A DNA stretch of 13,864 nt, from positions 1 to 13,864 of the forward strand of contig JBMOKV010000334.1 in assembly GCA_049325495.1 (NCBI GenBank), in the 5' to 3' direction. Positions 1-7,169 of this stretch are shown here, piece after piece. Source of the DNA: Candidatus Rifleibacteriota bacterium (GTDB lineage: Bacteria > Muiribacteriota > Ozemobacteria > Ozemobacterales > Ozemobacteraceae). The position numbers and the translations under genes were made by a program. The notes beneath the pieces were generated by a model. That model saw nothing but the letters and a program-made list of their open reading frames with translations. It was not told the origin of the DNA and did no database searches. Numbering within the stretch: the first letter of the stretch is position 1; every line of letters starts with the position of its first letter.

Positions 1-3000
1 GCAGCATTTGTGTTATTGAAAACCCTCCTTCAATTTCTATTGACAGTGTTACTGCTGTTCCGACTGTTGTTTACCTGAATCAAAAGAATCTGTCTGTCCA
101 GGTCGTGGTTCGCAACAGTGGACAGGCAACAGCAGTTCTTGAAGCCGCCAGCCTGACCTTTGATATAGGATCATATCAGCAAAGCCTTGTTTCACCGGCC
201 ATGCCTTATGAGCTTGCCGGTGGCGGTTCGACGGTGACCCTGGTATTCGATATTTCGGTCAATACCAGTTCTGCATCTGGATTGAGCACTTTCAATGCCA
301 ATGTAAAATGGTATGACAAAAACTGGGCAGATAATCAGGGCTATGTTAATGGCTCTACACCCAATGACAGCTGGACGATCAATTCGGTTGGTATTATTTT
401 GTCGTCGAACCTTACTTACAGCCCGACACAGGATGACTTCAACCGTAATCAGACAGTTTATATAAGATGTTACGGCCTGGCAGCCTTATCTTCATGGTAT
501 CGCGTAAGGCTTTACAATACTCAGATAGCACAGGCGGTTACTAGCCCTGGCGGTTGGATTATTCCGCCATCTCCCCAGCTTTCGGCCGACGGTGATGGTT
601 ATGTTGACCATCTGTATCCAATACCGGCAGCCGCTGTAATCGGAACCTGGAGCGTGGTCATCGATGATGGAACCAACACAGTTGCCGGTAACATGATGGG
701 TCTGCAATATTTCCGGGTCCAAAACCCCGGCGATCTGGTGGCTTCTTTGACTATCAGCCCTGCGTCTGTTTTTGTCGGCGAAAACTTTACGGTGACTATG
801 CTGGCATCGAATACGGTTTCGCAATCTTCGACCATCGATTACGCCTCGCCCTCGGAGCTGATCGATGCTTCAACTGAACCGAACTTTGACGGAAGCGCGA
901 CATTGATTTCAGGCCCCGACCCGGCAAGTATCACCGTAAAATCTCTCGATACCCAGACAATAAGTTATACTTATAGAGCCGACTCTGATACTGGGCTTGC
1001 GGGCGGTTACATGCTGACCGTTGCCCCAACATGGTATCTTGCCGGGTATGATCGAAATACTCTGGCAACCGTTTATTCTGGGAATGGGGTTTCAAACCCG
1101 ATTACGATTTACAGCCGTAAATTGCTGCTCTCGCCCGACTCTCTTGACTTTTTAACCCTCGAATGCGGCGAAACATTCAAAGTCGACGCAACGGTGCAGA
1201 ATATAGGAAATTACCAGCTTGACTATGTAAAATGGATAACCACCGATATGAACGGGCCGGCTGGTCTGAAAATCAGTAAGTCAAACCTGAGTATGAGCCC
1301 TGACCCGGTTAATGGGCTTGCCGGCCTATCAAACAAAGCTGCTTCGGCAACTCTTTTCGTGCCTTATAATAAAGAGGCGGGCAGTTACATTGCCACCATG
1401 TCGGTTTACAATGACCGCAATATGGATGACCTGCAGAGCATTGATGAGGCTTACGACCTTTTCAATGCCCGGGTTGTAGTTCCACCCTGCAAGAAGATTT
1501 TCGTTTCAGAGAGCGTCGTTGATCTTGGTGCCTGGCCAATCGGGCAGACCTCTTTGGGCCAGCCGGTAAACTATTTCAGCGGTGGTAACATTGCCCTTGA
1601 TGACGTCAAATTCATGCAGATTGTTGGCACCAATACGCCCGATTTCAATATTACATTGACACCAGACAATCCAGGCCCGATGGGGATTACTGACTCAGGA
1701 ATCGCCAGTGCGGTTGCCGTAGCGGTTGATACCGCCGGATTCTATATCGCCACCTGGACAATCTGGAATGATGCGGCCAATCCAGGGGTTGTCGATGCGG
1801 GAGAGGCCAGTGACACCTTTCAGGTGCATGTTCTGGTGGGAATAATGAATTTTGTTCTTGCACCGGCAACTCTGAATGCAGGCACGGTGGAACCATCTGC
1901 CCTTGAAATCTGCACCGGCCTTACTTTGACTAACGACGTGGCCGGCTTGCCATTGACCAAACTGAAGCTCGATGTTTTTGAGCTTTCAGACGGTGCTGGG
2001 CATGTTATCGCAACTGACAGCATTGCGATTTATCAGGTCGATAACCCAATTCCCGCAAAAGTCAACGCTGGTCAGGCCATACCCATAGATCTGGCTTTGT
2101 TTGTTCCTGCCGGAACTTTTGCGGGCACCTATTCTGGAACACAGTATGTCTATCACGACGACAACCTTAACGGCCAATGGGATGCCGGCGAATTCAGAGC
2201 TTCATTTATTCTTCAGTGCACGGTGCCACTGGTGCCCAAGGTTCAGGTAATGGTTGGAACGGTGGGCTTGGGCGGTATCGCGCCAAATACCTCGAAGATA
2301 GTAAGTTTTCCGTGTCGAAATACAGGTAACGTAGATTTGACCGGTCTGATGTGGGAAAAGGTTAAGCTGGTTTCAGGCGCCAATGAGATACCTGCGGTCA
2401 ACGCCAGTTTCCCGCCTTCAGAAATGTTTTCAGTTCCGATTGGCCAGTTTTTTACCCGGGAAATCGAAATCACGGTCCCCCCCGGGCAGCCCTTTGGTGT
2501 TTATAACAGTATTGCGCCGCAATTCTGGATATTTGCCGACATGCCGCCAACGGTTGATGGCGTCAGAACAGCAGGCGAGGCATCGTGCAGCTTTCAGGTA
2601 ACCTGTGAGGTCGGTGATCTTCTTGTTGATATCGTTGAAGCGAATCTTGCCGTAACCGGAGGTCCTAACAGTGTTTCAACTTCGGCGGCTTTCAATGCCC
2701 AGAATATCGGTTCACTGGCATTGGTAAACCTGAAGGCGACCGGCTCAGTTCTCGTTCCTTCGGTTGCTGGACCAATCAATATTGAAGCTTCTCAGAATTC
2801 GTTTACGCCGTCTTCGCTTGGCGGGGCAAATGCCGGTCAGAGCCGCAGCAGTGCCTGGTCGGTCAATATCCCGGCCAATGCTTCGGCAGGGGCCTACATC
2901 GGAACAGTAACAGTTTATGAAGACTCCAACTACAACAATGCCCAGGATGCAGGGGAAGCCTTTGCGCAAGTGCCGGTTCAATTGAACGTTCTGAGCCAGC

Positions 3001-4667
3001 CGGCAATAGATGTTAACCTGACACAGCTAGACCTTGGCTATGTGGGAAAAAATAACTCCAAGTCAGGGCAAATTATAATTACCAACGCCGGTAATGCAAT
3101 TGTAAATTCCCTTTATTTCTCAAAAGCTCCGTTGATCTTTGGAGCAAACAGCATTCCGGTTGGCAGTATCACCTTTGAAACTTTGCCAGCCATGCCATTG
3201 TCTCTCGATGTCGGTGACTCGGTTACTGCAACAGTAACTGTGACAATTGGTGCGGTTCAGGGTGCTTTTACCTATTCAGGTATCCAAAGAATGTTTGAAG
3301 ACGCTGACCTTGACTCAACCTGGGATGCCACTGAGGTCTCAGATACCTTCGAGCTGGTTATCAGTATTGGGGATAAGTTAATTTATGAAACCAATGCCAC
3401 AAATCCCACAGTTGCCTTTGGTAATCGCAATGTTAGTGCCACTTACAACCAGGCTGTAACCGTTTATGCCGGCTCTGCCGTGCCGTTGAACCGGGTAAAA
3501 TGGAAAGTTCTCGGGGCTTTTGAGGGCATCGACTATACTTTTCCGGTTGCCAGCCTGACTTTTACCCCTGCAACGGCCCAATTCATCGATGGTTTGAATA
3601 ATAGAGTTTTTCAGGCGGTTGCAGAGGTTGGCTTTGTTTCAGCAGGCTTATATGTTGCAACTGCCTCTTTCTACGATGATGACGACAATGATGGGGTAAT
3701 TGATGCAGCTGAAGCTTCCTGTTCATTTAATCTGTCTTTGACCGTTAACCCAGTATATGCTCTTGACCTGGTTCCGACTGTGGTTGATTTTGGCCAGGTT
3801 GCTCAGGGAGATGCGGTTAACAAGGAAATCATGTTCAGGAATAGCGGCAACATTCAATTGAGCAATTTCAGCTGGACCTTTTCAGCGCTGGACAAGGCTC
3901 CAGATCAAATTTTGCCGGCAAATTTGACCTATTCGCTAACCTTTACACCAGATCCTGTTTTGATGGGTGAATATGCCACCTCAACCGTTACCCTCTCGGT
4001 TGATGCGGCTCAACCTCTTGGCGTTTATGGCCCATCTGGTCCACAGACGATTCAGACCACCGATGGCACTGCTCCCACAGACTGGGCAAACTTTACCTGT
4101 GAAGTTGTAACCACCGGTGCTCCGACTTTCCAGCTTGCCTCTGGCAGCCTTTCTCAGGATATTGCCACCCTGTCTTTTTCGGCCACTGCACCTGACAACC
4201 GCTACTACATGTCTGCCTGGATCTGCCCAGGAACCGGTTCGGCCAACATTTCCTTTGTTACCTACAACGAGTTTGGCGAAGCGGTTGGTACCGTATCGGC
4301 GCAGATTGATTCAACTGGAAATCTCACCAGTAGTGGTGCGCCAATGGCGGTTGCAGACTCGGGTATTCTCGACAAAGTTCCCTATGAGCACCCTGACCAC
4401 CCGGGTGAAGACTTCTATTATTATCGAGTTTTTGTGGCGTTTGATTACACCTACAGCCAGGTTACTGCCAGCAATACCAGAATTATTCTTGGTAATACCA
4501 GCAATCCCGATGCTCCAAAAAATCGGGTCTGGTTTGATGGTGTCCAGTTGGAGCGAAGACGCGATGTGAATCAGACGAAACCAAGTGCATTTCATTCGAT
4601 CAGAACCATTTATTCGCCAACGCCGAAACAGACGATAACCGGAGAGGATCGCTACAATGAATGGTAA
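1..4667 (+). CDS. Giant secreted cell-surface repeat protein, 5'-truncated. The reading frame is open from base 3, and the GTG at 105 is only the first in-window start. It carries about 8 tandem ~127-aa Ig-like/CARDB-like beta-sandwich modules with NxGN and DxNxNGxxDAGEAS (Ca-binding-like) motifs, followed by a C-terminal CBM-like jelly-roll domain (aa 1342-1520 of the ORF, nt 4128-4664).
   Basis: The frame stays open to the left edge (..SICVIENPPSISIDSVTAVPTVVYLNQKNLSVQVVVRNSGQ..). The ORF is 4.5 kb with uniform Thr/Ser/Asn/Gly/Val-rich, Lys/Arg-poor composition typical of extracellular beta-rich proteins. The 'DAGEAS'-type motif recurs at a regular ~127-aa period (module ends at ORF aa 447, 564, 693, 823, 948, 1074, 1200 and ~1322). 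The C-terminal domain ends in 'VWFDGVQLE', reminiscent of the CBM4/9-type terminal strand. The stop overlaps the next start. Confidence 0.85.
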   Translation, partial: SICVIENPPSISIDSVTAVPTVVYLNQKNLSVQVVVRNSGQATAVLEAASLTFDIGSYQQSLVSPAMPYELAGGGSTVTLVFDISVNTSSASGLSTFNANVKWYDKNWADNQGYVNGSTPNDSWTINSVGIILSSNLTYSPTQDDFNRNQTVYIRCYGLAALSSWYRVRLYNTQIAQAVTSPGGWIIPPSPQLSADGDGYVDHLYPIPAAAVIGTWSVVIDDGTNTVAGNMMGLQYFRVQNPGDLVASLTISPASVFVGENFTVTMLASNTVSQSSTIDYASPSELIDASTEPNFDGSATLISGPDPASITVKSLDTQTISYTYRADSDTGLAGGYMLTVAPTWYLAGYDRNTLATVYSGNGVSNPITIYSRKLLLSPDSLDFLTLECGETFKVDATVQNIGNYQLDYVKWITTDMNGPAGLKISKSNLSMSPDPVNGLAGLSNKAASATLFVPYNKEAGSYIATMSVYNDRNMDDLQSIDEAYDLFNARVVVPPCKKIFVSESVVDLGAWPIGQTSLGQPVNYFSGGNIALDDVKFMQIVGTNTPDFNITLTPDNPGPMGITDSGIASAVAVAVDTAGFYIATWTIWNDAANPGVVDAGEASDTFQVHVLVGIMNFVLAPATLNAGTVEPSALEICTGLTLTNDVAGLPLTKLKLDVFELSDGAGHVIATDSIAIYQVDNPIPAKVNAGQAIPIDLALFVPAGTFAGTYSGTQYVYHDDNLNGQWDAGEFRASFILQCTVPLVPKVQVMVGTVGLGGIAPNTSKIVSFPCRNTGNVDLTGLMWEKVKLVSGANEIPAVNASFPPSEMFSVPIGQFFTREIEITVPPGQPFGVYNSIAPQFWIFADMPPTVDGVRTAGEASCSFQVTCEVGDLLVDIVEANLAVTGGPNSVSTSAAFNAQNIGSLALVNLKATGSVLVPSVAGPINIEASQNSFTPSSLGGANAGQSRSSAWSVNIPANASAGAYIGTVTVYEDSNYNNAQDAGEAFAQVPVQLNVLSQPAIDVNLTQLDLGYVGKNNSKSGQIIITNAGNAIVNSLYFSKAPLIFGANSIPVGSITFETLPAMPLSLDVGDSVTATVTVTIGAVQGAFTYSGIQRMFEDADLDSTWDATEVSDTFELVISIGDKLIYETNATNPTVAFGNRNVSATYNQAVTVYAGSAVPLNRVKWKVLGAFEGIDYTFPVASLTFTPATAQFIDGLNNRVFQAVAEVGFVSAGLYVATASFYDDDDNDGVIDAAEASCSFNLSLTVNPVYALDLVPTVVDFGQVAQGDAVNKEIMFRNSGNIQLSNFSWTFSALDKAPDQILPANLTYSLTFTPDPVLMGEYATSTVTLSVDAAQPLGVYGPSGPQTIQTTDGTAPTDWANFTCEVVTTGAPTFQLASGSLSQDIATLSFSATAPDNRYYMSAWICPGTGSANISFVTYNEFGEAVGTVSAQIDSTGNLTSSGAPMAVADSGILDKVPYEHPDHPGEDFYYYRVFVAFDYTYSQVTASNTRIILGNTSNPDAPKNRVWFDGVQLERRRDVNQTKPSAFHSIRTIYSPTPKQTITGEDRYNEW

Positions 4668-5307
4668 AATTAATTCAAATAAAAATTTGATTGTTCTGCT
4701 GGCAACGTTTCTTGTTGTTTTTTTCATGGTAGATGGGGCTATTGCCAAGAAGAAACCGCCTAAGGTTAAAAAGCCAAAACCTTCCGAGCTTGAGAAGAAT
4801 CAGGTGTATCAGGATATTCCGCTTAAAACGTTTTCGGCCATTGCGCCGGATAATGCCTATATTCTTTCAGGTTGGATCTGCCCTGGCAGTGGCAGCGCAA
4901 GACTTGCGCTGGTTACCTACAAGGGTGGCGGCAAAATTGAGGATTCGGCAGGGGTTGAAATCGCTTCGACCAGCGATTTAACCCTGCTGGGATTTGCCAA
5001 CGATGTGGGCATTGCCAATGCAAGAGGGTTCAATCATCCCGGTTACCCTGGTGCCGGTTTTCGTTATTTCAGGGTGTTTGCCCGGTTCAATTTCACTTCC
5101 GTTCCATCTATCAAAGCTGCTAGAATAATACTGCAGAACACCAGCAATGAAACTGCTTCATGTTCCGTGTGGTTTGATGGTATAAAATTAGAGAAAGCTC
5201 TGAAACCCGATCAGGAATATCCGACCAGTTACCATTCAATTGGTAATCTGTTGTCATCAGAATTCGTTGACACTCTTGAAGGAGGTCCGCAGTATTATGA
5301 ATGGTGA
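4657..5307 (+). CDS. Small secreted protein (216 aa) that is a stand-alone paralog of the giant protein's C-terminal CBM-like domain. It has an N-terminal signal peptide (h-region LIVLLATFLVVFFMV, probable cleavage after AIA) and a Lys/Pro-rich linker.
   Basis: It is about 40% identical by eye to aa 1342-1520 of the upstream ORF. Examples: SAIAPDNAYILSGWICPGSGSA vs SATAPDNRYYMSAWICPGTGSA; FRYFRVFARF vs FYYYRVFVAF; RIILQNTSNE..VWFDGIKLEK vs RIILGNTSNP..VWFDGVQLER; C-terminus ..GGPQYYEW* vs ..GEDRYNEW*. There is a GGAGAGGA RBS 9 nt upstream. The ATG overlaps the upstream stop (ATGAATGGTAA). Confidence 0.8.
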   Translation: MNGKINSNKNLIVLLATFLVVFFMVDGAIAKKKPPKVKKPKPSELEKNQVYQDIPLKTFSAIAPDNAYILSGWICPGSGSARLALVTYKGGGKIEDSAGVEIASTSDLTLLGFANDVGIANARGFNHPGYPGAGFRYFRVFARFNFTSVPSIKAARIILQNTSNETASCSVWFDGIKLEKALKPDQEYPTSYHSIGNLLSSEFVDTLEGGPQYYEW

Positions 5308-5854
5308 ACTGCATTTAAACAACAGAAAAGGTGCTTTGATGCTTATGCTTCTGGTAGTGATTGTTATCGGCGGCATTGTTGCTCTGCGTATGCTTCCACA
5401 GGAAGACGTAATTGCCAAGCGCGAAAAAGAAGAAAACCTACACAAGAATCTGAGCCAGATACGTGAAGCATTTGACCTTAAATGGCAGGCCGACGAAAAC
5501 TGGACTCCTGATTTGACCAACAAAGCAGGAATCCGAGCTGCATTGCAGACTCTTGCCAATGAAGGATTCCTGCGGGAAGAGGATATCCTTGATCCGACAG
5601 TTCCAACTTATCTTTGGGACACCTCTGACATCTATTACTGGAAAGCTTCAACCAATATTGCTTCAAATGCCAGTTTTGAACTTGAAGATCCGTCAGACCC
5701 AACTTTGATTGCTTCGTGGACCAAGGCTCCGGATACCGAAGCAGCAACGGTAACACAATATCTTGATGACAATATTCTTGATGATTACCCGCATCAGAAC
5801 AAGCTTGGAGCCCCGCTTCAGGGCGGTGGAACCTCGCTGATGATTGTTAAATGA
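5297..5854 (+). CDS. Small membrane-anchored protein (185 aa) with an N-terminus reminiscent of type IV pilin/pseudopilin: a short basic leader MNGELHLNNRKG followed by a ~21-aa hydrophobic helix ALMLMLLVVIVIGGIVAL. The remainder is a ~150-aa acidic extracytoplasmic domain.
   Basis: I chose the internal ATG at 5297 as the start rather than the ORF-track start at 5240. A GGAGG RBS sits 11 nt upstream. The ATG is embedded in the same ATGAATGGTGA stop/start overlap seen at 4657. Confidence 0.65.
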   Translation: MNGELHLNNRKGALMLMLLVVIVIGGIVALRMLPQEDVIAKREKEENLHKNLSQIREAFDLKWQADENWTPDLTNKAGIRAALQTLANEGFLREEDILDPTVPTYLWDTSDIYYWKASTNIASNASFELEDPSDPTLIASWTKAPDTEAATVTQYLDDNILDDYPHQNKLGAPLQGGGTSLMIVK

Positions 5855-5872
5855 ATATTTAAAACAGCCTTT

Positions 5873-7024
5873 TTACGGCTTCTGCATGCTTTCGAATATT
5901 TTGCCGGCCCAATCGCGGGCAATCTTGCTGCCTTCATTCCCCCAGAAATGTACGCCATCGCCGCCGTTATCGGGGTAGTGAGTGTGGGGGCGAGAATCAA
6001 TGAAACTGCCGTATTTTTCGGCTTCGGCTTTCAGATTTTCATACAACCTGTTCTGTTTCTCAGTGGGCTTTTTATCGGCCCGACCGTTTGGGGGGCCGAC
6101 CCAGACGATCTGGCAACCTGCTTTTTTGGCAATATCGCAGACCGATTTTACCTGCGATCTGATTGCTTCCGGTGAAGCGCCAATCATGTTCGCGCCAAGG
6201 GAAAAAACGATTATTCCAGGTTTGAAGTCTTTGATAAGTTTGTTTAGATTCGGGGTTGAGCGAGGAGTTCGCCAGTCGGCCGGCTGATCGATGCGGCTCT
6301 GCTCGTCTTTGGCAAAATACCCTGATTTCCCAACAGTTTCATTGAGATACCATGATGGTGATGAGCCTGAAACCCCAACGGTCGTGATCGCCGCGCCGGT
6401 GCTGCGCATAAGATCATCCATGGCTTTACCGTAAATTCCACAGGTGTGAGAATCGCCGATATGCAGAACTCTGCTTTCGGGGGTAATCAGTGGCCCGCCG
6501 GACCTGCTGGAATTTTCATTGCCGGTAACTGAAGCGGAAGGAGCTGGGTTAGTCTCTGAGCTGCTCATTGTTTCATCGGTTTCTGAGGTGTTTGGGGTGT
6601 CGCTTACTATCTGCCTGTCGGCTTTTTCAGATTTTGCCGGCGCAAGTCTGAGATTCCAGCCGACCAGAATAAGATCGGGATTTTTTAGAAGAGACGGGTA
6701 GCGGTCAAGGTTCCATGAGACCAGGTCACGCCATCGACCGGCATCGCCAAGAAATTTTCGTGCAATGCCTGAAAGGGTGTTGCCTTTGACCACCAGGTAG
6801 TCGCCGGATGAGGATGAAGAACCTTCATTCTCATTGGATGAGTCGGTTATAAGGTCAGATATTTCATCTGAAATATCATCGATTTCTTCAATCAACGAAT
6901 CGGTACCATCTATAGAAAATTTGATTTCGACTTCTTCTTCGGTAAAGGGGTTTTGGGCAAACCCCGGATCAGAAGAAACTATTGATGCCATTAAAATCAG
7001 CGGAATCATCTTTCGAGCTTTCAT
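5873..7024 (-). CDS. Secreted LysM-domain + SGNH/GDSL-family hydrolase (383 aa). Likely a cell-wall (peptidoglycan or glycan) esterase/deacetylase-type enzyme.
   Basis: The start is set at the internal Met (MKARKMIPLILMASIVSS..), which has an AGGAGGG RBS 5 nt upstream and a signal-peptide-like N-terminus. An acidic Ser/Asp/Glu linker follows. The LysM motif is 'DYLVVKGNTLSGIARKF..LVSWN..LILVGWNLRL'. The SGNH blocks are all present: I 'HIGDSHTCG', II 'GVSGSSPSW', III 'FSLGANM', V 'DGVHFW'. Confidence 0.8.
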   Translation of the reverse strand: MKARKMIPLILMASIVSSDPGFAQNPFTEEEVEIKFSIDGTDSLIEEIDDISDEISDLITDSSNENEGSSSSSGDYLVVKGNTLSGIARKFLGDAGRWRDLVSWNLDRYPSLLKNPDLILVGWNLRLAPAKSEKADRQIVSDTPNTSETDETMSSSETNPAPSASVTGNENSSRSGGPLITPESRVLHIGDSHTCGIYGKAMDDLMRSTGAAITTVGVSGSSPSWYLNETVGKSGYFAKDEQSRIDQPADWRTPRSTPNLNKLIKDFKPGIIVFSLGANMIGASPEAIRSQVKSVCDIAKKAGCQIVWVGPPNGRADKKPTEKQNRLYENLKAEAEKYGSFIDSRPHTHYPDNGGDGVHFWGNEGSKIARDWAGKIFESMQKP

Positions 7025-7104
7025 TTTCCCTCCTGTACGCCATGGCGGGTAATCAAACCACATTTATAATACCAGAAAACCGGAAAAAGGTTTTAATTTG
7101 TTGA

Positions 7105-7133
7105 TTGTATTAAATCCTGAGGTCTTCTATAAT
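7105..7133 (+). promoter_or_regulatory. Putative sigma70-type promoter for the MVP-like gene: -35 TTGTAT, 17-nt spacer, -10 TATAAT.
   Basis: The hexamers were read directly from the sequence, with a perfect -10 and 17-nt spacing. It lies ~37 nt upstream of the RBS/ATG at 7170. Confidence 0.5.
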
Positions 7134-7169
7134 TTTATCAGGATGATTACTTTAAGAGGAGACAGGAAG

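Noticed and set aside
4117-4748. Overlapping ORFs of 150 aa (+, 4117-4569) and 145 aa (-, 4311-4748) inside the 3' end of the giant gene
   Set aside because: They are shadow ORFs in alternative frames of a clearly coding region. The composition is arbitrary, there are no start signals, and they are fully contained in the conserved CBM-like domain coding sequence. Numerous smaller internal ORFs in the track, such as 492-835, 1687-2177 and 2243-2981, were rejected for the same reason.
5240-5296. ORF-track start (MVICCHQNSLTLLKEVRSI) for the pilin-like gene
   Set aside because: It would overlap the upstream gene by 68 nt with no RBS. The ATG at 5297 has a GGAGG RBS and lies in the conserved ATGAATGGT junction.
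5855-5872. Possible terminator between the convergent 5297-5854 and LysM-SGNH genes
   Set aside because: The only hairpin there is AGCC-tttttac-GGCT, a 4-bp stem, which is too weak to call. Transcription termination for this convergent pair is unresolved.
7025-7063. ORF-track N-terminal extension (MWFDYPPWRTGGK) of the LysM-SGNH gene
   Set aside because: The AGGAGGG RBS lies inside this extension, 5 nt before the Met of MKARKM. The shorter start gives a canonical signal peptide.
7098-7169. ORF-track start (MLIVLNPEVFYNFIRMITLRGDRK) for the MVP-like gene
   Set aside because: There is no RBS. This stretch overlaps the predicted promoter -10 (7128-7133). The ATG at 7170 has an AGGAGA RBS and aligns with the N-terminus of eukaryotic MVP.
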